A stretch of DNA of 64,000 bases. It comes from Camelus dromedarius (lineage: Eukaryota). This document shows positions 24,603 through 38,400 of this stretch, one piece after another (within the stretch, counting starts at the first letter, position 1; each line of letters begins with the position of its first letter). A model generated the notes under the pieces. The model ran no database searches and had not been told where the DNA came from. It was given only the letters and a program-made list of their open reading frames with translations. A program made the position numbers and the translations under genes. The stretch spans positions 77,686,001 through 77,750,000 of the forward strand of contig NC_087444.1 in assembly GCF_036321535.1 (NCBI RefSeq), given 5' to 3'.

Positions 24603-25360
24603 GGGCGGGGCTTACGCACAGAAGCCGGGTCTGGGCGGGGCAAGCTCGTTCTGTTCCCGGACCCGCCTTGGACCCCAGACCCAATACCCGGGACGAGCGA
24701 GGGTGGGGAGGAGACGGCCTTGCCCCTCAGTGAATTCGTCCACAGCTGGCTCCTCCCTCCACATTTAGCCCCGGGAGCCAAGACTCAGGCTATCCTCCCT
24801 CTCCCATTCTTGTGGGGAATGGGTGGGGGGCTGCCCTGCTGTCTCGACTGGGCCCCGACATCCTTCTCAGCCTGTTAGTCTCTCTCGCGCACCTCGAGCT
24901 GTCTTCACACCTGTCCTCGTGACTGCCTCGGCTGCCACTTCTCTCTCGACTCTAAATGGAGGTCTTCCCTATTTCTGTCCGTCTCTCCGTCGGCTTCTCG
25001 CGGCTCCTCCGTCTGGGTTGTCTAGTCTCTGCCTGTTGTCTGGTCCCTGTCTCCCGGGATCTCTCACGCTCTCCCCATGCCTACTCCCTTCCTTCTGGTT
25101 CTTTGTCTCCACACCTGTCTCCAAATCCCATTCTCCTGTTTCATGCTCCAGCCTTCCCACTCCTTCTGCTAGCAGGTCTCTCCCAGTCTCCCCCCAACCC
25201 CCCCCCCCCCACACACACACCATCTCTCTAGGTATGGGAATGAGGATGCGGCTGAGGGAGGGATCCCAGCTGCTCCTACCTGCTCCGCGGCTAGACAGGA
25301 CCCTCCGGAGAGACAGAGGCGCTGGTCCCGCCCTGACCCCGCCTCTGCACGCAGGTGGGT

Positions 25361-25381
25361 GGTGCTGTCCTGGGTGCTGAT
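25361..25381 (-). promoter_or_regulatory. SYT5: RE1/NRSE (REST-binding element) at the SYT5 promoter/first exon
   Basis: The minus strand reads ATCAGCACCCAGGACAGCACC against the consensus TTCAGCACCnnGGACAGCGCC. Both half-sites and the 2-nt spacer are intact. A candidate exon-1 donor CAG|gtagga lies at 25280/25279. Confidence 0.8.
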
Positions 25382-25429
25382 CGCGGAGCGCCGTGGGGCG
25401 GGGGCGCGGCCCAACGGAGCTGGGCTGGT

Positions 25430-25482
25430 GTGAGCGTGTGCGTGTGTATGACTGTGTATGTGTGTGTGTGCGCGCGCGCGTG
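25430..25482. repeat. Alternating purine-pyrimidine (TG)n(CG)n tract at the SYT5 promoter
   Basis: gtgtgagcgtgtgcgtgtgtatgactgtgtatgtgtgtgtgtgcgcgcgcgcgtg. Confidence 0.85.
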
Positions 25483-26038
25483 TTCGGTGGAGACACCCGC
25501 CCCGCCCCTTATCCTGCCCCTAGCCTGGAACCACCAGGACGCCCACGGGTATTTATCCTGGTCCAGAAGATTCTCTGCCTTCTAGTCCAGCCACCTGGCA
25601 TCCAGCCTCCCTCTCCCTACCCGACCCCTCAGTACTGCCCATGGAACCTGGCGCCAGAATATCGGGTTCTAGGACCCAGAAGACCCTCTACGGAGACCCA
25701 GGTATTCTGATATCTAGACAGGAGACTAAGCGTGAAATTCTCCAGGAAATCAGCTCCAGACTTCACTCCACCCTCAAAATTCCCCCTCACGCCAGGCCCT
25801 GGAGGCAAGCCCCCATGCTCCTAGCTTCAGGGAACCGAGTCCAACCTGCCCAGACTCTGGACCTCCAGCCTTCTCTGACTCAACTGTCCAAACCTACCTT
25901 TCTCAGGTGCAAATTGTGAGTCCTTCTAGTTTCCTCCCTAGGACATTAGCCTCAGTACCTAAACATTAGGAACCCACCCCAATATTATTTCCAGACCCAG
26001 AAATCCACTGAGGCAAGTGTCTCTGGGGAGAATAGTGA

Positions 26039-26044
26039 TTTAAT
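26039..26044 (-). terminator. PTPRH: Possible PTPRH polyadenylation signal ATTAAA
   Basis: tttaat on + strand in an AT-rich patch about 430 nt after the stop. Confidence 0.4.
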
Positions 26045-26473
26045 AAATTATGGGATTGAAGAAAAAATCTGTACAGACAGTGAGTGGGGTGCAAGGAAAC
26101 CTCAGATCCTTGAAGGAAGATCTGGTTTCTGGAGTAAAAGATGGGCAGGACCCTGCCTGCTCTTGCTTCTTGGGTAGCCAGAACTATGGATCCTCGTTCC
26201 TTCCTTCCTCAGAATCTCACTTGTTTCCTTGAGACCCTGCAGCCTCCTCCTCCCTCAAAAAAACAAGGAACTCCTAGCCTCCCATCCCTCCCCTTCTTCA
26301 AGGAATTGGAAATCTAGGATCCAGGCTCCCACCTGACCTCTCTCCCCTTCTTCTTGCAGGGCCCAGGATTCCTGGACCCAGCCCTCGGCTGTCCCAAGGG
26401 TCCAGGTATCTGGGCTGAAGTAAGGATGCAGAGTTTGAGTCTAGGTGGGCTGGAGTCTCAGCCCTCCCGCAAC

Positions 26474-29400
26474 TTAGGCCTCTGTAGCAGCTATGTTCTC
26501 GTAAATCAGGTTCTCATACGTGGCCTCCTTCTCAGCCGGTGCTGAGGATGACTGTTGCAGAAAGCGAAGGATGCACTGGTGCAGGAACACGTACTGGGCC
26601 TGGGGAGGAGGCCCGTGGAGGTGAAGGGTGCCCTCCTGGCCTCAGCCTGCTTTCTTCCAGGGTCCCACCTCCACCCACCTTGTGCCAGAGGAACCCCCTC
26701 ACCTCAGTCTGCACCATCAGTGGCCGGCTTTCTCTCATCTTCCTCATGTAGCTGAAGGGCCCCACGACACCCTCACACTCCAGCTGCCGCAGCAGGACAT
26801 CCAGGGCAATGAGGGTGCCTGTGCGGCCCACACCAGCGCTAGGCAGGGACAAGAAGTGGTCAGACCCTGGGAGGGGAGAGTCTTGACTGATGGAAGGATC
26901 TGTCTTTGGAGCACCTAGGGGTCAGGGTATTCAGCCAGACAGTATTTTGGGGGAATACAGTGTAAGTGGGGGTTATGTAATTAAGCAGGAAGTAATAAGA
27001 AATGACCGTGCGCTGACTTCTATCTATCTGTGAGGCCCTGTTCCAAGTGCCTTACATGCTTTTTTTTTCACTCCTACCACACCTAAGAAGTAGGAACTAT
27101 TAGCATGCCCATTTTACAAATGGGGCAATGGAGGCTGAGCAAGGTGATTGTCCCAGGCCACTTGGGCATTGCTGGGGTTCACACATGGGCAGATGAACTC
27201 CCAAGCTGATACTTAAAAAAAATTTAATGTAAAAGTAACCATTTTAAAGTGGACAATTCAGTGGCATTTAGTCACAGTGTTGTGTAACTGCCACCTCTAT
27301 CTAGTTCCAAAACACTTCTATATCCTCAAAAGGAGAGCCCCATCCCATTAAGCAGTGACTCCCCATTCCCCCATCCCTCCCAGCCCCTGAAAACCACCAG
27401 TTTTCGGGCTCTGTGCATTTGCTTATTCCAAATAGTTCATGTAAACAGAGCCATCCAACATGGGACCTTTCGTGCCTGGCTGCTTTCACTCAGCCAGGTT
27501 CATCTACGTGGTCCTGTGGATTGGTGGTTCAAGCGAATGGCCTTAACTACTGTGCAGAACTCCCTTCTGCACCTGGAGGAAGGGAGGACACTCTACTGAG
27601 GACACTTCCAGTGAATACTACCTGGGGATGGGGATGGTGTCACGACACAGCACAGCAGGGAGGTTAAGGGCTCCACTCTGGGCATCAGCTTGGCCACTCG
27701 CTATTGACCGTGAACCCAGGGACCAGCTTTCTGATGCAGTTTCCTCAGCTCTCCCTTTTGTCATGAGGTTGCCCGGAGGGTCAGCCAGACTGTGGCCGAT
27801 AAGCACTGACCATGATGGAAACCAGAGCTCCCCTATCAGAGGCTGTCCGTCCCTCTGGAACAAACTCCTTCCTCAACCCTCACATTCACATTTGTGAAAT
27901 CTCACCTAAAGAGGCTTCAGCACAAATATCAGGAAAGCAGTTGTCGGGGGAGGCCCCAGCCTGTGAGCCCAAGGAGGTGTCTTCAATGTTTCTTAAAACC
28001 TTTGGCTGCTTCTCCCTCCTGCCCTTCACCTCCTCCCTACATATGCCTCCTCCTGTACCTTTCTATCTTTCCCATCTCTTCACCCCCATCCTCCTTCTCA
28101 GCCTGCATCACAGCCCCTTCACCTTCTGCCTCCATCTCCTCCTCCTCTCTTCCACCTCCTCTGGGAGTTCCCAAGAACCCAGGTAACCCTGGTTTCTGTG
28201 TCCTGAGGGGGCGGTGGTCCCACAGGGAGAGGGCTCCGGGCTGGTCCTCACCTGCAGTGCACAATGGGAGGCCCTCCCTCCATGTTCTGGTCCAGCCACT
28301 GCCGGAGCATCTTCCAGAAGGCCAGCATGGGGTCTGGGGAGTGAGGGACGCTGTGGTCTGGCCAGGTCACGTAGTGGAACTGACGGACGGATAAAGCCCT
28401 CCGCTCTGCCATCTAGAGGGAGGGCGGGTTGTCAGGGGACTCAGGACCCCTGGGGCTGGTTTCTGACAATGGGGCATCCCTGGGGCACACTGCTGTCCCT
28501 TGTGGGAGTGACGGGAGGTGGGATTTCATGGGGAGTTCTGGGGGAAGGGGCTGCCTGGAATGTCACGGGGGAGGAACTGAGGGCAGGGTGTATCTGGCAG
28601 GGTGTCAGGGGGCTTACATGCCAGAGCTTCAGGTCTCGTACTGTCCAGTTCTCCATCACCTCCTCACCCACCAGGGTCACCTGTAGCTGCCCATGGGTGC
28701 AGGGTTGGGAATCTAGAGGCCAGTAATGCTCACACTTCACCTGGGGGAAGACCAGGGGCAGTCAGAGCATAGGAGGCCCCACAGAACCACCCAACCCCAG
28801 TGCCCCTCTGTAGCGTGGCTCTTGTACTCAGTGCCAGGGGATGCCCTCTGCCCTGGTGGCAAGGCAGCACCCACAGGCAGCCAGGCGTAGCTTCATTCCA
28901 GCCAGGAAGACCCCTCCTTCCCCAGGTCATTGAGATCAGCTTCACCCTGCATGTGAACCATTGGATGGACTAGAGGAGACGGAAAGGTTGGAGTCATGTT
29001 GAGGGAATCAGTGAGGGCTGGATCAAGGTCTACACTGGTGTCAGTGTCTGGGGCGGGGTCACGGTTGGACTCAGGGTCAGCACCCAGGACCAAGGTCTCC
29101 TCTTACCCGGCCAGACTCCACGCAGTTGGTCAGCATGACCAGGGTGTGGCTCTGCTGCTCCCACACCAGGCGCCAGAAGTCACCCACAGTCTGGGACAGG
29201 GGGCCCTGGGCTGCTATGAACTCCTGGGAGTTCCAGAGACCCTGGTTGAAGAAAACAGGTAAGTCTGACCTTAACTTCTGAGGCTAACTCAGCATCCTCC
29301 CAGCTCCCAACCATAACCTTACAGGCATGAAGCTGGCGTTGATGTACTCGGAGCCTGGCTCCCCAGGGAGGGGTGTCAGGGGCACGCGGGACCAGTCATC

Positions 29401-32400
29401 TAGGAGAAGAGGCCAGCATTAGCGAGAATGGCGCCACCCAGAGGGGCAAGGAGATGAGGCTGAGACCCAGGGATGGAGGGCGTGCAGAGGTGCAGACGCT
29501 GGGAGCTCAGGGAGAGGCAGAGGGGCCTCGGCTGGGAGGAGCCGGCCAGGGGCTCTCACATCACGGGGTAGGAGCTCAGGGGAGAAGGGACGGGGTCCAG
29601 GGATGGGGTATTGACAAAGTCACAGCTGAGAGTAAAGTCAGCAGAGGCTTACGACTCACAGGGCAGCACGTTTTTGTAACGGTTCTTGATGCTGTTTTCT
29701 GGAGCTGAGGCCATCATCTGGGACTGGCTGTGGTCCTCCAGGGCCAGTTGCTGGGGGCGGAGGTAGAGGAGGGACGCACAGATGCTGGATTTTCTCTGAC
29801 CTCCCCCAGGTATACCCTCACTGCTGCCTCTGTCATCCTAAGCACCCTGCCCCACTCACCCCTTGTGCCCTGGAATTCCATAGCACCCACAGAAATAGGT
29901 CAAGTGTGTGCACCATCTCTGGGGGGCATTGGGGAGGACTGGCAGGACCATGGGGACTGGGGAGGTAGGCAAGAGAGGAGACATCAGGGAAAAACCAAGG
30001 TGTTTCTTTAGGACTGACCCATCGACCCGTCACTAGTGTAAGATTTCAATGAGTTGAAAAGATGGATAATCATGCCCAGGAATTTCTGTGTAAGCCAACA
30101 AAGCATGTGTCACTGCTTTCCGTCCAATCCCAAAGGTGTGGAAATGTCTGGGGCGGGCACGTGGGCCTGGGTGCAGCCCCCTCTGTTCTGTTCTCACCCC
30201 ACCTGGTACTCCACTGCAAAGCCGTAACCGCTGTCCATCTCATTTTTCCTGACATGCTCAGCAAAATCTTCAGCCCGGATGTCCCTGGGGGGAGGGGAGG
30301 GGCAAACAGTTAAACCTCCTTTAATTCTGCGCTCTTGGGATAAAAGAAAAGGGTTTTGTTTTGTCTTGTTTTGTTTGACCTCCCAAGACTTATAGCTGGA
30401 AGTAGGAACCTTTTGACCACCTTCACCCATTTCAGCCTTCTGACACTCCCTCTGGCAACCACCAATCTGTTCTCTGAACCTGTGAGTTCAAGGTTTTTGT
30501 TTTTGTTTTTGTTTCAGATTCTGAATATAAGTGAGATGATACAGTATTTATCTTTCTCTGTCTGACTTATCTCACTCAGTATAATGCCCTCAGGGTCCAT
30601 CCATGTTGTCACAAATGGTGAGATTTTCTTCTTGTTTGTGGCTGAGTAGTATTCCACTGTATAGACAGCTCATAGCTTCTTTATCCATTCACCCATAGAT
30701 GGACACTTAGGTCATTTCCAAGTCTTGGCTGTTGTGAACAATGCTGCTGTGAACAAGGGAGATGCAGATATCTTTCCAAATCACTGATTTTGTTTCTGTT
30801 TCATCAACTCCACTTCTGAGTATACACCCCCAGGAGTTGAAAGCAGGCTCTCAAAGGGGTACCTGTACACCCACGTTCATAGCAGCCCTAATCACAATAG
30901 CTAAAAGGTGGAAGCAACCCAAGTGTCCATCGACAGAAGAATAGATAAGCAAAATGTGGTCTATCCATATAATGGACTATTACCCAGCCTTAAGAAGGAA
31001 GGAGATTCTGCCACAGGCTACAACATGGATGGAACTGGAAGGCATTATGCTGAATGGAATAAGCCAGTCACAAAAGGACAAATAAAAGGACAAATGTGAT
31101 TCCACTCATATGCGGCACCAAGGGTTATCAAATTCATACAACCTGAAAGTAGGATGCTGGAGTCTCCAGGGACTGAGGAGATGGGGGAAATGGNNNNNNN
31201 NNNNNNNNNNNNNNNNNNNNNNNNNNNNNNNNNNNNNNNNNNNNNNNNNNNNNNNNNNNNNNNNNNNNNNNNNNNNNNNNNNNNNNNNNNNNNNNNNNNN
31301 NNNNNNNNNNNNNNNNNNNNNNNNNNAAGCTAGAACACTCCCTCACACCATACATAAAAATAAACTCAAAATGGATCAAAGACTTAAATATAAGACAAGA
31401 TACAATAAACCTCCTAGAAGAAAACATAGGCAAAATATTATCTCACATTCATCTCAACAATGTTCTCCTAGGGCAGTCTGCCCAAGAAACAGAAATAAAA
31501 GCAAGAATAAACAAATGGGACCTAATTAAACTTACAAGCTTTTGCCCAGCAAAGGGAACCATAAGCAAAACAAAACAACAACCCACGGAATGGGAGAAAA
31601 TATTTGCAAAAGATGAAACTGACAAAGGCTTGATCTCCAGAATATATAAACAGCTCATACAACTTAATAAGAAAAAAAACAAACAACCCAATCCAAAAAT
31701 GGGCAGAAGACCTAAACACGAAAAAATGCTCAATATCACTAATTATCAGAGAAATGCAAATTAAAACTACAGTGAGGTATCACCTTACACCAGTCAGAAT
31801 GGCCATCATNNNNNNNNNNNNNNNNNNNNNNNNNNNNNNNNNNNNNNNNNNNNNNNNNNNNNNNNNNNNNNNNNNNNNNNNNNNNNNNNNNNNNNNNNNN
31901 NNNNNNNNNNNNNNNNNNNNNNNNNNNNNNNNNNNNNNNNNNNNNNNNGACCCAGGAATCCCACTCCTGGGCATATATCCAGAAGGAACCCTAATTCAAA
32001 AAGACACCAGCACCCCAATGTTCATAGCAGCACTATTTACAATAGCCAAGTCATGGAAACAACTTAAATGTCCATCAACAGACAACTGGATAAAGAAGCT
32101 GTGGTATATTTATACAATGGAATACTATTCAGCCATAAAAATGAACATAATGCCATTTGTAGCAACATGGATGTCCCTGGAGAATGTCATTCTAAGTGAA
32201 GTAAGCCAGAAAGAGAAAGAAAAATACCATATGATATCACTCATATGTGGAAAGAAGAAGAAGGAGGAGGAGAAGGGGAAGGGGAAGAAGAAGGTAAATG
32301 AACTTAAATATAAAACAGAAACAGACTCACAGACATAGAATACAAACTTTTGGTTGCCAGGGGGAAGGGGGTGGGTAGGAACAGTCAAGGAGTTAGAGAT

Positions 32401-35400
32401 TTATAGATCCTGACAGGTATATATAGAATAGATAAACAAGTTTATACTGTATAGCACAGGGAAATATATACAAGATCTTGTAGTAGCTCACAGTGAAAAA
32501 GAATATGAAAATGAATATATGTATGTTCATGTATGACTGAAAAATTGTACTGTACACCAGAAATTGACACAATGTAAACTGACTATAACTCAATAAAATT
32601 AAAAAAAAAATCTGTTTGGACTCAAAAAAAAGGAAATGGGACTTCTCTCATCTAGGACCACTCCCCTTCTCCTGGGCCACAGTTCCCTGCAGCCCTCTCC
32701 AGCCATGGGGTCTTCCTTCTCCTACACCAGGAACCTCTCCCCTTTCCCTTTGTGTGTACATGTTCTAATCTTGCTTCTGTATTAAAAAGAATCCCCTGAC
32801 CTCATGCCACTCCAGGTCCAGCTCTTTCTCTCTCCTCCCCCCGTAATATAGTGTTATGAATACTGTCCTGACTCAGTTTTGACACCCTGGATGGAGGCTG
32901 GTCAGTTTCCCTTCTTGACATGCTGATTAAATCCACATCCTCACCACCTCCCCTAACAGGATCACACACTCTGGGCTACTATCCATCTGCCCAAATTCTG
33001 CCCCAACCCCAACCCCCAGGAACAGGTACCAGAAAACCAGGCACAGTCCCTACGCCCCAGGACCTGCTGAAATGATTCAAACTAAGCCTGTTTGCCTTGG
33101 ATTGAAACCATGAGAAAGGCTCTTGTTTGAGTGCCCCTCACTTCACGGCCAACCTGGTGCCTCCCCACGTGGCCCTGCAGGGTGTAATGCGTACTCCCTC
33201 TCTTGGGATCTGTGAGTGTAAAAAATCTTCAATGCCAGTCGTCTCCTGATCCAGTGGGCTTACCGTACCTAAACAATAATGAAACCTGTGAAAGCACATT
33301 CAAACTTCTCACGTGGACCAGTTCTCTCTGCTTCCTTCCCATACATCACCGTGGCCTGGTCTCTACACCACGACTCCAGGGGAACAATGACCTTTTGTGG
33401 TTCAAAGTCCCCTTATCTCATTTGCCTCCTTATCTCCAATTCCAAAGGCCACCTCTCAGTCCCTCCTCTGCGTGGGAGCTCAGCAGCCTGTAGTTTCTCT
33501 GACTGCCTCTTCCTTTTTTCTGGACCCGCCCTCTTCCTGAACACCATCTCCTCATGTGCACCACCACTGCCTCTCTGACGGGTGCTTCTCCATCTCCTCA
33601 GTGGGGCCCTCATCCTCTGTTCATCAAACGGTAGGTGTTTCTGGGAGTCTGTCCTTAAGCCCTCTTTTCTCACTGGACACACACGTCTCATGGGGTCTGT
33701 CCACTGACATAGCTTCACTTTCAATCTGCACATCTGCGATTTCTGAATCTTCGTTGCCAGTTTCTACTTCTCACTCCCCTGACCTTCAGCTCTATTTACC
33801 CACTGGCCTCCTGGAAGCTCCACCTGCATGTCCTAGAGGATCATCGCTAGGACATCCAAACATGCACGCTGAGGGTTGGGGATGGCAAAATGCTCAACAT
33901 ACAAGACAGGACAAGACTTGGAGCCCAACAGGTGCAGCAATTTGCTGCAGATGCCATACAAGGCACCGGACAGAGGGTAAGGAGGGGAAAGGGCAAGCAG
34001 GGTGGGACTCTGGCCAGGACAGATACTACCGCAAAGAAGAAACTGGACATCATCTTCCCCATCACTAGTGTTTGCTCTGCCTCATGCGTCTGCCTCGGAT
34101 GGCCACGCCCTCCGTTGACGCCTCATTCTTTTGCACCCAGGCTGTCACAGCTGGTCTCCCAGCTTCCCTTTACTCTCTGTCCCATCTCTCCTCTCTTGAT
34201 CCCTGGGGATCATTCTCACGTAGACACTTGGTGTCACTGACCCAACTAAGGAGGAGTCAGAGAATGGAGACCTTTGCACAAACGTTCTCCTGAACCATGG
34301 ATCTGTTTATCCACCTGACCATTCATCATTGTCTTCACTTGCATGTCCAACAAGCATCTCAAATTCAGCGTGTCCACCACCGAGCTCCCAATACTTTCCC
34401 AAAGCTCCCCCACCCTCCACCCCATGGTCATTCCATCTCAAGCAACAACATTTCCAGTATTCCTGGAGCTCAGGCTAAATTCCTTGCAGTCACTCTTGAG
34501 CCCTCTCTGAACCCCACACTGCACTTCCATTCTCTAACCACATCTGCTGTTTAAACACTCAAACACTGCCTTGAATCTGATTACCTCTCACCATTTCCCA
34601 TTCCAAGACATAACTACCTCTTGTTTGGATTGTAATAGGGAAGAACAAACCTGACTCCATATTGGTCTGTTTCTTTTACTTTAACCTTTTTGCATTTGCC
34701 ACAAGTTCATCACCAAAGGGATGCTGCCTATAAGCTTAAATTACACATAATGGCCCATCTCTGGGAACCCTGCCTCCCAGGTAACCAGCACTGAGCTAAA
34801 ATACCTTTGTTGGGCTCACAGGAAACATCCTGACCAGGCCCCCCTGTGAATGACTGCAGGAAGGAAGGAATCAACACCTCCCCTCTGGAGGCTGACGTGA
34901 AACAGGAGGTGTGTGAATTTACTCCCACCCCTCTTAGTATAAAAGAAGCCTGAATTCTAACTCAGGCAAGATGGTTCTTTGGGACACTAGTCACAACCTT
35001 TACCAACTTCTTTATTAGTGGCTCCTTGTGCTAGAATGTAAGCTCCAAAAGGGCAGGAATCTTTGGTAGATTCACTGTTTCCTCAACACCCAGAACAGCA
35101 CCTGACACTTAACAGGGGCTCCGTTACTGTTTTGTTGGATGAATGAATGGACGTCCCAGAGCTGAGACTGACACCAATTTCACGGCCACCAGTCCAGGCT
35201 CTCAGGGAATGGGGAGTGGCAGATGCATTGTGATCCCTGCCACAGACAGCATTAGCCCCTTCTGAGGCTTGTGGGGGGGATTCACTGATCCTGCCCTCTG
35301 ACCTACCCAGTGACCAGCAAACACCCCAGGATCTGACCTTGACAATGAGTCTTTCAGATGCTCTCCCAAACCTTCCACTCACCTGCAGATCAGATCCCTG

Positions 35401-38400
35401 TGTGCCTGTTTCTTCTCACTCTTCTTACACCTGGGAAAAGGACATTAGGGTGAAAGGCTGGGGAGGGGAGAGAGGCCGGAACCAGGGGTCCTCACCTTTC
35501 CCGCAACCCCCACCCTCCAGGCACCCGGTAAGTCCTGAGCTGAGTCTCACCCCTTCTTCAGGAAGAAAACCAACAAGCCCACCAGGATGAGAAACAGGAG
35601 GACACCGACGATGGCTCCTATGATGACCACTGGAGGAAGAAGGCATGAGGGGCTGTTAGAGTCTGGGTCACCTCTCCTGGTGTCCTATCTCTGCTACCTC
35701 TGTCCTAACCCAGACTGTGATCAGAGGGTCTGCAGGGTAGATGCGAGGGCAGAGAAGGGAAAGGAGAAAGCTTCTGCATAAAGCCCTATTTCCCACTCAA
35801 CCTTTCCTCCCAGGAGCCTGGTCCAAAGACATCACTTTCCCAACTAATCTGCTTTTTAGAGTGACTCTCCCCTTCCTTGGTCTAGACTAGCGATCCTCAC
35901 TGAGGGTGGTTTTGCCCACCAGGAGACATCGGGCAATGTCTGGAGACACTTTCAGTTCTTACAACTTCAGCAGCAGTGCCACTGGCATCGAGCGGGTGGA
36001 GGCTGGGGATGCTGCTCGACACCCTACAGTAATACCCAGGACAGTCCTCACCAGAAAGAGCGATCCAGCCCAAGATCCACAAGGACCTGTCTCAGCAAGA
36101 GTACCCTGGACAGTGGGACCACCAAGCCCAGCCTGGAAGAGCACCCCATGTTCAGTGCAACAAACTCCAGTGTCTCCAGATCAAAGACCCCATCTCCTAA
36201 GAGGCTCTGATTCCTAGGCACTGACTGACGGGGGCCCAGGGAGGCCTATGACCATGGTCAACGGTACATGAGCAAAGATTTCCTGAGGTTCAGACTTTTT
36301 CAAATGTCCCATTGGTGAGTGAAAAATCGTGCGACCATGCTGGAAAAAAATTTGGCAGTTCTTCAAAAGGTTAAACACAGAGTTACCACATGATCTAACA
36401 ATTTCACTTCCGGGTATACACCCAGGAGAAACGAAGACACACACCCACACAGAAATGTGCACACAAATGTCCAGAGCACCATTCAGAACAGCCAAAAAGT
36501 AGGGTCCATCCACGGATGAATGGATAAACAAAATGCATTCTATCTGTACAATGAAATATTATCCGGCAATAAAAAGTAATGAGGTGCTGACACACGCCAG
36601 AACATGGATGAACCTTAGACGCATTATACTAAGTGAGAGAAGCTAGTCACAGAGGACCACATACTGTGTGGTTTTTTTTTTTTTTTTTTGGAAATGTCCA
36701 AAAGAGGCGTATCTATAGAGACAGAAATAGATTACAGACAGACAATGGCTGGTTGGTGGGGAATTAGCGAAACTAGGGGGTGATGGCTTAAGGGGTAATA
36801 CAAATACGGTAAAAAAAAATATCCTAAAATTAACAACGATGATGGTATAATGATGATGAGTATATTAGAAGCCACTGAGTTGCACACTTTAAATGGGTGG
36901 ACTGTTACAGGTTATATGAATGACATCTCAAAGGAGCTGTTTTACAGAAAGCAGGAAACAAAACATAAACAAAAAGGACCCCATGGGGTGGTGAGACTCC
37001 TTCACAACAGGGCCTGATGGGGTCTGAGAGAATGTCATTGTAGCTCTCTGTACCTGTGGGGCTCTGCTCACCTGTGCTCTCAGTGCGGCAGGTCACGGAG
37101 GCAGACCGTGCCTCCCTTCCATCCCAGATGGTTGTGACGGTCGCTGCGTAGGCCTGAGCCGGCCTGAGTCCCGACAAGGACACACCCTTCCCACAGGAGG
37201 ATCCGCTCTGGGAAAACTGCTGCCTGCCCACCTCCACTTTAAAGGCCTCATAGCCTCCCGGGGGGCAGGACCAGGTCAGGATGACCCCGTAGCCCCCCGA
37301 AGCGCTGATGCAGGACACGATGGAGGGGGGGCTTGGATCTGGGTGGAACGGATAGGAGGAATCAGTAGGCTCCATCCAAGGCAGTTTTCTAACTCCCCAC
37401 TCCCCACCAGTCGTGCCAGTAATCTGAGAACTAGCTCATCCTCTTCTTCCCCCAAAACAAAACACCTCTTCTTCCCTCAGTTTCTGTTGCCCCCTAACGG
37501 ACGCACCGCAGGTCGCCTCAAACTACAACTCCCATTAGCCCAGAAAAGGTGCCATCTTGGCCACTTCATAATCTCACCCAAGAGAGTGCACAATGCTACA
37601 TCTCACCTATGGCGGAACTCAGAGTCACCCGGGAGCTGTTGACTCCATTCTTTTCTGCCCACACAGAGAAGTTGTACAAGGTCCCGGGTTCAAGTCCTTC
37701 CACTGTGAAACTGGTGTTGGCTGTGCGTGTGGTCTCAATCGCGTCTCCCTCTCCAGACCACTGGACCCAGTAGGCGTAGCTCTGAAGGTCAGGGCCCTCA
37801 GGCACCTCCCACCTCAGGGTGATGCTGCTGGTGGTCTGAGTCTCCACACTCAGGTTCCTGATGGGGTTGGGGGCTGAGAAATGAAGAAGAAAGATCCAGT
37901 GTCAGCAGGGCAGTAAACGGGGGGGACAGTCAGTGGGCATTGCTGACCCTCAAAGTCAGTTCCCAGTCCTGCCTGAACTACGGGTCCAGGAGATACGGGG
38001 TGTGGGGTCTAGACAGTGCTTCCCAGACTTCCATGTGCATACGTGTCACTGGGGATCTTGCTAAAAGGCAGGTTCTGACTCAGGAGGTCTAGGATGGGAC
38101 TGAGATTCTGCATTTACAGCCAGTTCTCAGGAGATGCTGACGCAGCCCACCCACGGACCACACTTGGGGAGCAAGGATCTAGACCAGTGCTTTCCAGTGG
38201 AATTTCTGCAACAGTGGAAATGCCCTCCCAATGATCATTAGGGTAGATACAAACCCAGTGGGAGACTGGGAGCCCCTCAACGGAGCTCTTGAGCACTTAA
38301 AATATGGAACCAAGCTTGCAATTTTATGCAATTTTAATGAACTTAAATGTACATAGCCACCAATGACTAGGGGCTACCATATTGGACAGTGGAGGTCTAG

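Noticed and set aside
28340-28365. WPDHSVP instead of the usual WPDHGVP, and SEYINA instead of SDYINA, in the PTPRH catalytic domain
   Set aside because: The catalytic Cys, Arg, WPD Asp and Q-loop Gln are intact, so these changes alone do not support a pseudophosphatase call.
29077-29095. RE1-like TCAGCACCCAGGACCA in a PTPRH intron
   Set aside because: The right half-site is broken (GGACCA rather than GGACAG), so it is much weaker than the 25361-25381 site.
31754-32338. 194-aa ORF with a recognisable protein motif
   Set aside because: It is the C-terminus of L1 ORF2p spanning an N gap, so it is a retrotransposon fragment and not a host gene.
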